DNA from: Kudoa neothunni
Lineage: Eukaryota > Animalia > Cnidaria
DNA length: 64,000 bases
Direction: 5' to 3'
NCBI GenBank assembly: GCA_964304625.1
Contig: OZ199838.1
Coordinates: 7,272,035-7,336,034, forward strand
Shown in pieces: positions 12,332 through 24,710 of the stretch. Made by a program: the position numbers and the translations under genes. The notes beneath the pieces were generated by a model. It searched no databases and had not been told where the DNA came from. It worked only from the letters and a program-made list of their open reading frames with translations. Position 1 is the first letter of the stretch, and each line of letters starts with the position of its first letter.

Positions 12332-14311
12332 CAGTCGTGCCTCGGTATTGCGTAGTAGCCCAATATTTCTTGTGTTTGTTATATTTTAGTTAAATCGGAA
12401 AATATATTAGGTATACTAATGCTAATATTATAAAATTATTGTAAAAAAAATTTTTAAATAAACGACAACGTATATTATTCGATATTGCGAAGTGATTTTG
12501 CATTGTGTAGTAAATTCAAAGCCCGGATTGCGCGTTTGATTCGATAATGCGCAGTAAGATTGTCAATGTCGAGAGTGCAGCGAGATATTGATGAGAAGAA
12601 TAAAATTATTAGTTATTATAAATCAATTAAACGTGCAAAAAAATGGCCGTAGTGAAATTCGGATTAAGTATTCAAATGTTTTTACTTTAAATTAATAATA
12701 ACGATAATTTTTGTTAAGAATATTCAACTCTCACTAGAATTCTCTCAATGGAACAAAAAATTACTGATTCCAATATTTCTAACAAGAGAACGCAATTCTC
12801 TAGTGGTAAACATGAAGATGTCGATACCGAAGTTTATAATTGGATCGCGAATTCCCAAAATAATAAAAAACAAATTTCTGACGAAACTATAATAGCAAGA
12901 GCATTATCAATCGCCAAAGAAAAGAATATCGACAATTTTAATGCAAGTAGAGGATGGCTGGCTTGCTTTAAAAATAGATGTGGACTTCGTCCCGTAAGAC
13001 TCCACAGGGAAGCATCTAGTGCTGATTCTTCTTCAATATATGCTTGGAAATTTGAGAATAAAAATATTCTGCAAAGTTACGATCCAACAAATATTATTAA
13101 TATTGATGAGACTGCGCTTTTTTTACCAACAAATTAATAAGCGAACTTACGTATTAAAAGCAGAACAAGATGCCCGAGGATCTAAAGTGTCCAAGGAGCG
13201 TGTTACAGTTTTAGTATTCGCGGTCTTAGATGGTTCAAAATTATCATTATTTGTAATTGGTAAATATCAGAAGCCTCGTTGTTTTAAAAATATATCCCAC
13301 CAACCAATTGAATATTTTACACAGAAAAACTCATGGATGAACGCCTCTACCTTTTTTCAAATTATGAAAAAATTTAACAATATGTTTAAAAAAGAGAATA
13401 GAAAAGTTTTAATCTTATTAGACTAATGCCTCTCCCACCCTAAAGACATGGACGGTCTAGAAAATATTAAATTTTTATTTTTTCCGAAGAATACTACATC
13501 AATATTACAGCCTTGCGATTTAGGAATAATTAACTCATTAAAAAGCAACTATAAAAAAATTCTCCATTCGATTAGTGTATTGGATAATAATGAATAAATA
13601 TTAAAAAACTGGACTTTATTCGATTGTTTAAAAACATTAAAAATGCTTGGAATAATGTTTCGAAGGAAACAATTATTAATTGTTTTAAAAAGTCAGGTGT
13701 TTTTGATTAAAATTATAAATATATGTTTAATAGCATCGACAACTATTCACGAAATTCAAGAATATGATAACATTAACGAAGGTATATTATCAAAAATTAT
13801 TTTTCTAAAATTAACTAGACTCACTTGATGATGTATCATCTTCTGAAATTAATGAAAAAGTTCTCGATGAAGCAAACTCCTATCCCATCATTAATTGCGA
13901 CATAAATAATAAATCTGATAATGAAAAGGATGAAACAGACAAAGCTATAAAAAAGGTCCTTACAAAGAAAATTAGAGAAGCAATAAAAAATTTGAAGGAA
14001 ACTTTTATCGCGGAAGAACCAGAAGGTTTATTCGACCTCTACCCCGTAATGGGCCGACTGATCTCAATACTAAAAAAAGAGAACTCCAAACTACCATAAC
14101 GGACTTTTTCCACAACAAATAAAAAGAAACTTCATTTAACAATTAACTTATATTTTCATTTCTGGATTCTATGCTTAAAAAATTGGTTAAATCATAAAAA
14201 TACTATATTCCCTTTCAATGCGCACGCGCGAGAATCGATATTGCGCATTAATTTTGTATTGCGTAGTAAAATTGAATCCCCGATCTACTTCGCAATATCG
14301 AGGTTGGGCTG
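12332..14311 (+). mobile_element. pogo/Tigger (CENP-B-like) transposon with a disrupted transposase (about 12748-14120)
   Basis: TA-flanked imperfect TIRs CAGTCGTGCCTCGGTATTGCG and CGCAATATCGAGGTTGGGCTG. Motifs FNASRGWLACFKNR, NIDETALF, SKERVTV, LILLD, LQPCDLGII. Confidence 0.9.
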
Positions 14312-14586
14312 TAATTGGTTCTATAACATCAGATTAACAATTCGTTGACAATAAGTCCTCATGATCTTGGTCCTCACATGTTGTCTCATTATCATCGTCG
14401 AGAATCTATTCGCAATTTTTGACTTCATTTAAAACAAATTAATTTGATATACATAAAATTTTATTTTGAGAACTGTTTCTGATTTGGGATATGTTTGTTA
14501 AGTCTTCTTGTTCTGTAAACTGATTATAATTTTATCATTGCAGTTTTATTTACTATCTTAAATATTTTTAAATATCAAAGCAATTA

Positions 14587-15658
14587 CAGTAGATGACCGT
14601 TAATTCGAAACTTTTCTTAAAACTTCATCCATCCGGTTAAATTTATCAATTAACATTTATTATGAGTTCTTAATTAAATATACGAGTAATTTTTTTGTTT
14701 GGTGAAATAAAATGTTTTATAACTGCGTAGTAACCGATAATTCGTAGTGATGGATAATTTGTTACACGTTCTGGTAAAAATTGATCGATAATTCTTAATT
14801 ATTTCTAAATGACCGAAAAAAGAATTCAGAACGTTTCAAGAGAAATTTAACTAAATATTATGATAGTTTACCGCCCTTAAATAGATAGACGGAAACTATT
14901 AAACACTTCAAAATATGTTATATTTAAACTTTAAATGGCATTTTATAAAAAAGCTAAAATTAAATAGACATTTGAAAGTTAATTTCTTCCAGCTAAACGA
15001 ATATTGATGAGGAAAGGAAAAGATAGAGACGCTGATCAACGTGTGTATGAGTGATATGTTCGGATGAGGTCGAAAAGTATCGAATTATCGTCCATCAAAA
15101 TAATTAACATAAGAAAAAAGATCGAATATTCTGGAAATGATTTCAAAAATGTTAGCTATGGATAGTTTCATAGCTTTAAAAATAGGTTCAACTTAAAAAA
15201 ATCAGTTTCCATGGCGAAGCTAGCACAGTACCCATAGGAATCATTACAGATTAGAACTCTCTACTTCTTAAAATTTTTGAAAATTATAAGTAGGATAAAA
15301 TATGATATATCGACGGGACCGCGATGTTCTATCAATTAACGCCTCTTATGTGATTCCTAAACATGGTTACTTTAGTTTTCAATAAATTGTTTTTCCGTAC
15401 AGTAAATGGAACCCAAAATTTTTTAATATTACTTCCATTATAACAAGTATTTTTTTCGCGTCAAAATAGTGCTTTATTAATTTTTAGTTTTGATCTAAAT
15501 TATGAATATTCTTAAATCGATGAATCAATAAAAGTCAGTTTTTCATTGTATTTTTATCACACGCGCGCACAAAAGCTATTATGAGTTAGACGTCACTTAC
15601 ATGTAGTTCGTAATTTTCCTCGGCCCCAAGGGCATTGCGAATTCGTGGTCACCGACTG
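14587..15658 (+). mobile_element. Degenerate pogo/Tigger-like element
   Basis: TA-flanked imperfect TIRs CAGTAGATGACC and GGTCACCGACTG. Remnant SFKNRFNLKK..HGEAS and IDGTAMFYQL. Confidence 0.65.
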
Positions 15659-15908
15659 TAGTAATAATTTCTGGCTTAATTCTTGCTAAAAATTTATTTA
15701 ATGGCAAGATTGAGTTTAGTAATGTATACATTAGACAGCCGATAATACTTAATCCCCCAGGACCACAAAAAAAGTGCGTATTAAACGTTGTAACCAGGGC
15801 GTCCGCTGTTTGGGTTTTTTGTACTTATTGAATTTAAATAAATTAACGTAATTTTCCATGATGTAAAGTATGTCCTTAATACTTTTTTATCACGTATCAC
15901 GCTACAAC

Positions 15909-17027
15909 GGTAATGGTAAAGTATGCGGCACCTAAAAAGCGCTGCCTTACGCATGTTTTTTCATATTTCTTTTTTCATAATTGTTCATAATAAAATAAAA
16001 GAATAGGGAGAACGAAAATTTAGCTCAAAATAATAGCTTTAAAATTTTAAGAATTTTTCATCCGAAAGCGGTCAGATACACGTGAAATCCCCGTTTTTTT
16101 CAAGAAACATTGAATTATTTTATTTCTTTCTTAGTTATTAACTTAAAAGTTATTTATTATTACTATTTAGATTTTTTACTATTGATATATAACAATTTTT
16201 TAAAAATTAACTTAAAAAATAAATTTAGTGCAAATTTCACAAAAACATCTCATTTTTTACTATAAAAAATACTTTGTGAACTTTCAAATATAAATATTAA
16301 TGTAGCAAGATTTGTTTTAATGAAATTTTTTTTAGAAATTAAGAAATTATTCAGTTTCTATTATTAAAAGTCGAAAACCTAATTTTTAAAAATGATAATA
16401 TTAATTTTTGTTACCTTGAAATATGTGTAAACATCGGAAAAATGTTGTAACTATATTTTTATTGTTTAGTAAGTCTTTTTATAACAACATTTTTACGTTT
16501 ATCGAATGCTATATTAAACACACATGTAAGAATTCCTCCTAAAAAGTAATGACTTAATATAATTAGCCAAAAGTGATTTCCCTATAGAAATTAAATGTTT
16601 ACTTAAAATATAATGTTTGATTTATTATTAAAAAGACTCATCAGTTGGAAGAAAATTAAGAAAATGCATTTTGATAGCACGAGGTTGTCTTTTCGTTTTT
16701 AAACTATTCACACTTAAACCTATATAATTGAATTTGATATTGTAACATTTTTGTTTAAATGATCACGAATATGAAATATAATCAATTTATGAATGATTAT
16801 TGGAACAAATTAGAGATTATTTCAATGTTTGTTGAAAAAATATGGAGATTTCACATGCACCTCACGGAGTTCCGATAAAAAATTCTTAAAATTTCTAAGT
16901 TTATTATTTTGAGCTCAATGTTCGCTCTCCATATTCTTTTATTTAATTATGAACAATTGTGAAAATGAAATGTGGAAAAACGTGTGTAAGACGGCATTTT
17001 TTAGGTGCCGCGTACTTTACCATTACC
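15909..17027. mobile_element. Non-autonomous long-TIR element (Mutator-like MITE)
   Basis: Long TIRs starting GGTAATGGTAAAGTA(T/C)GCGGCACCTAAAAA. Degenerate 9-bp TSD CGCTACAAC/CGCTAGAGT. A second copy occurs at 27208/37411. Confidence 0.8.
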
Positions 17028-18545
17028 CGCTAGAGTCATAATATAAGGGGTAATAAATAAGTATGGGCCGAATGGCATCACGTTTGATTTGTTTAACGTA
17101 ACACCGTCGCATTGTCGCCCGCAAGTCATTTCTGAACGTTATTTCGAATAGTAGCTTCAAATATTAAGTAATTAATTGTAAATATATTTTCCTATATTAT
17201 ATATTAAGCATGAGTGATAATACAAATCAATACAAAAAACAAATGGTATGCCATGAGCTTTAATAATGATTGGTTAAAAGAGGAAGAGTTTAAAGATTGG
17301 CTTGTTCAAGATACCAAAAAACAGTAACTCTAGTTACTGTAAATGCTGTAAAATAATGTTTGAAAATGCGAACAAATCAATACTTTTCAAACATAAAAAT
17401 ACAGCTAAACATTAGAAAATTATGAGATAGCTAAACGGACTGTTGATATAACCCATTTCGTAAAATCTAATAAGATATCAACAATAACAGATCAAGCTAC
17501 CAAAAGTGAACTAGCAATTGTTGCTTATTTCACAGACCACAATATCCCATCCAATTGTATTGATCATTTCCTTCCCATGTGCAAAATTGCATTCCCCGAC
17601 AGAAAAATTTGGGAAATGTTGTTAATGAAAAAAAACCAAACTTTCATACATTGTTCAGGATGGTTTAGCTTTTGAAAAAGATATTTTTATTTCAAATATC
17701 TGTGGATCTCAGAAGTTTTCATTAATAATTGATGAGAGTACTGGTCATTTCAATTACACAAGTTTTTGTAGTTGTAGTTCTATTCTTCCACTATAATAAA
17801 GAGAATGTTGTTGACGCTCTGTTAGACACTATAATTGTAGTGGATGGCAAAGCACTCGGTCTTTACAACTCTATCAAGAAGCTGTTCGCAGACAGGAATA
17901 TTCCCATCGAAAACGTCATAGTATTTGGAAGCGATAACTGTTCTTCAATTATGGGATGTGTCTGCTATTCAATCGCCTTGTGTGCGAGTAATGTTATGAA
18001 GTATCTTCCACCATATTTAGAAGCATTTCTGAAGAACCTAAGTTCTTATTCCTCATGGAGCAGTAAGAGAAAAAGAGAATTTTCTCTAATTCTGGAGACT
18101 ATCAATATTTCATGTCATAAAATTCCAAAATTATCACAAACAAGGTGGCTGTCGCGAGAGAATGTCATTTCATCTGTGCAAGACCAGTGTAGCGCTCTAC
18201 TGTTATACTTTCAAGGCGAAGAAAAAATCAACAAAATCAATGATGCTAGTGAAATATACAAAATTCTCAGGAATAGTATTACGAAGCCAATCTTACTCTT
18301 TCTTTGACATGTTCTGCAAAAGATCAATAAATTAAATTGTGAATTTCAGGTTGCATGTTTTGTATACCATGATGTCGTCGGAATATAGGAATCTTTTGAG
18401 CTTTTTAATCAAAGTTGTGGTGTTACATTCGATGAAATTATCCGAAATTGACCCCTTAAATATTCATTATTGCAAACCAGTTACAGAAGTATACCTTGGT
18501 GGGTATGTGACAGCATACCTAATAAATAACCCTTTAGATTCTGAG

Positions 18546-18970
18546 CTGAGGACAGATAGCACATCGGTGTGACACTCGGACTCAGAATCACGAGGTAATA
18601 GATTCGAATCCGCCGGTGGTCAGACTACTGTTTCCATGTCGATGGGTCTCTATCCCATATATTGGAAGCTGTAGTTAAAGTGTACGTTCGCTGTGGAATG
18701 CGATGCACTGGCAGCTAAATTTGCGCGAAGTGGGATGAGCGTGAATAGGAGTTTGAATCTCCGGAACCCATCGAAAGGCAAGTAATTTCCAGTCCCACAG
18801 AGCCAACGTCCTTAAAGGGATAGGGTTTGGGGTGGTGGTCACCCTGAGATGAGAACGTTTAGTGGGTTAAAGTCCCGCACAAAGATAAGGACGGGTTTAT
18901 GTTACGTCCTGCGGTGCCTAAAGCGTTAATGGAAGAAGTCTGACCAACCAGAATTCCACAACCTAATAAG
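18546..18970 (+). mobile_element. tRNA-derived SINE-like insertion within the hAT transposase
   Basis: GC-richer block interrupting the ORF, with an A-box-like TAGCACATCGG (about 18557) and B box GATTCGAATCC (18601). No proper cloverleaf. The 3' boundary is approximate. Confidence 0.6.
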
Positions 18971-19860
18971 AAAAGGATTTGTCATGGGCGAAAAATACTC
19001 CAATTGCAAAGTGTAATATACTTGATTCTATTATATCTCGAGATATAAACATGTCACCATTATCTATTATACCAATAGCTGATCATTTTCCTCAGCTTGT
19101 ACTTGAAGAAAATATGAACGAGCTTTGATGATCAATGGCGAAGTTATCGTCTGGTTGCTGACAAAGTGCCAATTCCTTTTGACGTTATCCCCCGATATTG
19201 GTCTAAGTTAAATGAAATAAAGGATGGCTTTAACATTTCAAAATTCGGCATTTTAGCTGATTTTATGGTGAACCTAACCATTATGTCACATTCCTCTGCT
19301 AACGTCGAAAGAATTTTTTTCGTTGATGAACGCCATTAAAACCAAGCAAATCAACTCTATAAAGATTGATACCGTCAAGTGCAAATTAATTTCAAAACAA
19401 CTCATCAAAAGAAACGGCAATACCTGCGTAACGTGGAAAACCAAGCAATAACTTGATAGATGATATCACCTGTGGCGTTGTTTATCGACGTTATCATGAA
19501 CGACTGAGAAAACACAATAATAAAGTCCAAAATTTAATTGTCGATGATGATAGCAGAGCTGTAGATACGGATGACGATTAAACTCTACATTAGAGGAAGT
19601 TCTATTTATTTATTGTTAAACTAGCGTTTTTCTTTACCTTGGGTTTTTTATTCAATCTTGGGGTTTTTTTCAAAACTTCACTGGGCGCCCTGGTTAAAAC
19701 ACGTCATCCCACAATATTTTTTGTCCTTTTACTATTTTAAAAACACGCTTACTTATTTAGAAGACTCTATCAATTAATAAAAAAATTTTCAAAATCGGTC
19801 TTCGGGTTTGTTAAAAACTGAACCTATCTTAACCCCTAATTTGGATGTAATCATATGGAC

Positions 19861-21806
19861 TAGGGTGGAACACTGTCCAACGTCGGAAAAAATTAATCCG
19901 CAAATGGAAAACATTAAATTGAATTAGGACAAAAGCTAGTCGGACAAACATTGTTTATGTGTCCGAGCGGACGTTAGGTCACGCGGAAATAATGCCAGCC
20001 GTAAGCGTTCCGATTATTTAGATAAAAATTCAAAAATAATACAATTTTAAAAAATTTGCAGAAGTTTATTGCCGAAAAGAATATTGGTTGGTTGAGAACA
20101 CAAATGCTGCCGATCTCCATCTCTGGGAAAACATCTCACTCATTAAATTGAACGAGTACATTTACAAATCTCACATTATATTTAAATATGCTATCAAACT
20201 TTCACCCTTAGAAACTCTAAAGAATTCTAAATTGGTATAAATACTTCAAAATTTCATAAATGTCCAGTTTTAAACAGACAGATGAATGTTGAACATGCTA
20301 CGAAGCTTAAAGTTAAACATAGCACTGATCACACGAATCATTTGAAAGAGACGACTGCAGATCAGCTTGGATTAAAAGAAATATTTTATCTGGGAGTGAA
20401 ATATGGATCACTTTATCAAAATCTTGATGTTTATGAGGCATGGAGTGGAAGGATGGCTATGTCAAGGTATATTGAAATCATTTATTTGGCATATTCTTCG
20501 CCGATCGGAGTAAATGAATTTTCGTTACAATTTGTAGAGAATATAGCGCAAATTCGTTTCTAAATTAATAACGGCATATGTGATTACACCTGTCTTTCAG
20601 CATAATTATAGGAAGTTTGATGTTTAAAATGGATTACACATAATGATTAAGTTAAAAATGCAGTTATAGATATATTTTCCACAATATTATATTTTTTCAA
20701 AATTAAACATTTAAATGTACAAGTTAATAACGTCTCCTCTGATTCTATTCTAAGTCAACCTAACCTTTGTCAAAAAAGAAGACTCATGGATACTATTGAT
20801 ATTTTTTGCTATCGTCGAGCATCACACGTATAGGGGAGAAATACGAAATTATTTAAACGAATCTGTTTCAAAAATATGTGATAATACTCTTATTTATTTA
20901 GTCCATTCTAGCCATGCTAACCTCAAACATCTTGCGAATTCAATTCATTCTACCCCAGTGAGTTCTGCGGAATGTAAGACATGCCTCAAGGACTGGATTA
21001 ACGTTGCAAAAGATCTGTAATCGTTTAAAGCATACCATTTTGAGAAATTAGATTGTCTCTGAGATTATAATTCCTCTAAATCAGGGGTCGGCAACCCACG
21101 GCCCGTCAGTTATCTCTATGCGGCCCGCCATGCATTGAATGGCATAAAACATTTTTTTATATCTAAAATACCCAAATGCTTTTTAAGTTTTTTCTTGATC
21201 GTTTTTGCAAATGTTAATATGTTGTCGATATAAATATTAAACATTTTAGTCAACTAAAATTCATTTTTATTAAATTGGAAAAGCAGAATAAATATGATTG
21301 TCAAAATAACATAAAAATTATTTCTACAAAAGTATAAAATATTTTTAAAAATGCATATAGATACATCTCATGTTTGTTGACATTGTCCAATAAATCGTCC
21401 TTTCATAAGTTTTAGGCACATGTTGATTACATTGGAAATGAAAACTATTGAATATAATATTATTGATTTGACGTAGTTTTCAACTTTAACAGATTTTTAT
21501 CAGTCCTTTTTGATATATTTAAATGTGAGAGTTGAACCAAGAATAATTTAAAATTTTTATGAATTAATTTTAATAAGACTCGCATTAGAGTTAGGGTATG
21601 TCTGTCTGGCCCGTTACCCAAAAAGGTTGCCGACCCCTGCTCAAAATCATTATAATAGTTATTGAACCAAATTAAATGTACGAAGGTTTCTTAAAAACAC
21701 TGCGCAAACTAGGCTGTTTCTGTACGGATTATGTTGGATCGGACGCGGATAATTTTTCTAAATATGTCGAACAAGGGAAAATTTTATTGAAAGTTGTGCC
21801 ACCCTG
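19861..21806 (+). mobile_element. Old hAT element remnant
   Basis: TIRs TAGGGTGGAACA and TGTGCCACCCTG. Remnant of the hAT dimerisation motif (TPVSSAEC) in ORF 20796-21020. Confidence 0.6.
21082..21639. mobile_element. hAT MITE nested in the previous element
   Basis: TIRs CAGGGGTCGGCAACC and GGTTGCCGACCCCTG, TSD CTCTAAAT/CTCAAAAT. Confidence 0.9.
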
Positions 21807-22704
21807 ATGAAGGCCCATAATCACAGTGTTTATTAGGATTGCGAGTATGCTCAAATAACTCTCTTATCTCCATAGCTCCTATTAGTAGAATACACAAATT
21901 GTTAATTTGCCAAAATATGTCAGCTACATATTTCTGTTTAGGAAGGAGGCAGATGATACGGACATTTGGTCATTGGACTGTAGATCATGAGGCCACCAGA
22001 TCAACCCGTACCCGGTAAGACCATTGCTTCTGCAGTTATAGTTTGATTTAGTGGAATGGGTCGGATTAGGCATCTAATTCGTCAATGATGTATTAGGTCA
22101 TAAAAATATACGTTACACAAATAACGTTCTTGGAACTTGGAGGTGTAGTATTTTTACCCATCCTGAAATGAGTGTTTTTATCGATTTAAACTTCAACATT
22201 ATATTAGAAAGATCAGACGGGAGGTTATTTGTTACTCGTTGCGGTACCTACAGAGTTTATGAAGTTCCCCTGACCAATCAGAACTCCAAGGTCTAAAAGA
22301 TGTGCTAAAAATTTTATATTTTAAACAAAGAAAACTTTATCTGTCTCGTTGACAAGTGATTAGGGACCAAAAATAATATACCGCAGTCAATACTGAACAC
22401 ACGTGGACAAATTACCAAAGCTAATGTAAATTTTTATTATAAAAATAATAAATGTTATAAACATTAGAATGCACACCTCTGTTGTAAATTATTTAATTGA
22501 CATTCTCAATCTCACATAAATAAGAACATGGTGATAAACATATCTACGTATTATTAAAAAATTGACAGAATTTCAGGCGAAAGTATTATGTTGAATATAT
22601 AAATACATAACTGATCGCAGAACAAACAAAAGCTAATTTCAATAATACAAAATTGAAAGGTATTCACAAATATCGGTTGGAAAATAAGGAAGAAACAAAC
22701 GTTT

Positions 22705-24710
22705 TTAGTCGTCAGTAGAAGGCTCTTTTGAGCGAAGTGGATATTTTCTACCAGAAGCCTATACCAATACAAAGATAAAAAATTAGAGCTAGAAAATAGA
22801 AATACATGTGTTTTGGAACTCTTGACATTTTCTGTCGAAGAAATGGGTATTTTCGACTTGATTTTTGGGGTAGTAGTGGCTGATTTTCTTGCACGTTTTT
22901 TCTTAACCGCCTCACTACTTTCTTCAGTTGTGAAATCACTGTCAGTGTTGGATTCATATTTAGTGATTTTATGGCTGGATCTTCTACCGGAATTTTTTCG
23001 TTTCAATTCATGTTTAGTTGATGAGGTAATTTTTTCTCCAGTAGTTGATTGAGGTTTTGAAGGTTGAGGAACTACTTTATTTCCGTAGAATGAAGCAGCA
23101 GTACTAGTAAATAGATTCGATTTATCTTCATTTCCAGTTGGAAGGGTATTCTTCATGGGGACTTTAAATGTAAATGGTGAATTGGTGCTTAACGTCGCAT
23201 CCACGTTACTGCCCGTGTTGGGAGTCGAGCGCTTTAGGACTTGAGGACTGAGAGGTTTTCGGTTGGATGATTCACGAATGACAGTTGAAGTGGCAAAACT
23301 AGGTCGAATTGACCCAAACAAACGTCTAGCAGGTGATACCAAATTTATCGAATCAACAACATTATGAAAATATTTAGCCGACGTTGACAATAAACTAGGA
23401 TGCTCAGGCTCAGACGTCATCACCGACGACATTGGTTTAGGAAGTTGTTCCATACCAGTAACAAAATGTTCGTCATCATAATCGTCATCAGAGTCAACGG
23501 AATAAGTGTGACGATTGCTTCTTTTTCTTACAACATTAAGGACAGACAAAGTTTCTTGTTGTGCTTTTCTAATGTCTGAAACTGCATGAAACGACTTTTG
23601 TAAATGATAATTAGCATTATCGTGCGGCTTACGCGAAGTGTCAACAAGATAGCTAATATCCACATCGGTAACAGGCAACCATCTGGGAATGTAGTAAGAT
23701 AACAATGCCCACATCAAATTGACAACAATCACACAAAATGCTCTAACAACAACCACGTATTTGTTGAGATGTTTCAATGGTTGATTGTTTATCACAAAAA
23801 ACACCATCGAAGCATCCACTAAAAACAATAACCACAATAATATCATCAATTTGGTTCGGGTATATTTGGTGTTGGTGATATTGGTCAAAAATAATATATA
23901 CAGTGAAAGAACTGCAAAAAACAGGATGCCACCGAACTTGTGCATATTCCACAAAGAAGCTCTAATCAACTGTTCCAACCGATAGAACACGTCAAAAACC
24001 ACATCCAATGAATCCATTAGGAGAGCTTTCGAGTTTTCCGCAGATAAATTCATATTTGACAAAGTGGCAACCAGTTGGTTACTGGCATTTTTTATATAGT
24101 TGTATGAATTCGAGGTAACAGATGAAAGAGTATGGACAACGTTCTTAGAGTTGTTTTGTTTGACAAGTAGTTCGTAATTTTGTTGCTGAACATGACCAAG
24201 TTGATTCCAAATTTCCTCCGACAACATACTAATCTGTTCAAGTTGCATATAATATCGTTTATTCCAATCTACACGATTCATGTAGTAACAAATTATATCA
24301 ACGTGAGTGAAATAGAGAGCAATCATTTCAACGTTGTAATTGTCGGAACCAAGATCTTTGAAATAGTTGTCCAGTTTATCAAGGCATTCATTTTTGTTGG
24401 AACAACTTTCATTGAGCCAATGTGTCTTTCTACCAGCAATAGCATACTGACAATTCATCAAACGAGCAGCAATCATTATTTTAGTGGTTGGATTCATGTT
24501 GGAGCAATTAGTCTCCAATAACTCCATAGTTTCGGTGTAACAGGGGTCTTTGTTTTTCTTATATCGTTCATAAAGAAGAATACTTTCTTTTCTGAACGAT
24601 TTCTTATCGTTGTACATCGACGAAAACAGAGTGGATGCAGTCGCACAAACAGGCGACATGAGGAACATTATAAAAACCACAAACTTTATATTTATCACAT
24701 GGATATTCAT
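22705..24710 (-). CDS. Brambleberry/GEX1/Kar5-family protein, copy 2 (about 652 aa; exons 24710-22806 and 22758-22705)
   Basis: Signal peptide, six-Cys domain PCY..LETNCSNM..IAARLMNCQYAIAGRK..C..C..YFTHVDIICYY, coiled coil, three TM segments and a long S/T/P/K-rich tail. A 47-nt GT-AG intron (22759-22805) gives the C-terminus ASGRKYPLRSKEPSTDD*. Confidence 0.82.

Larger units (their letters stand above)
15795..19692 (+). mobile_element. hAT element (ZNF862-like transposase pseudogene, about 17210-19580) carrying nested insertions
   Basis: TIRs CAGGGCG and CGCCCTG, 8-bp TSD GTTGTAAC/GTTAAAAC. Motifs FSLIIDEST, FGSDNCS, KLSQTRWLSRE, HSSANVERIF. Confidence 0.85.

Noticed and set aside
21850-22300. 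GC-richer block, possible retroelement remnant
   Set aside because: I could find no recognisable motif or open frame.
22554-22805. Hydrophobic C-terminus of the 718-aa ORF as extra TM segments
   Set aside because: Better explained as read-through of a 47-nt GT-AG intron and the following exon and 3' UTR out of frame.
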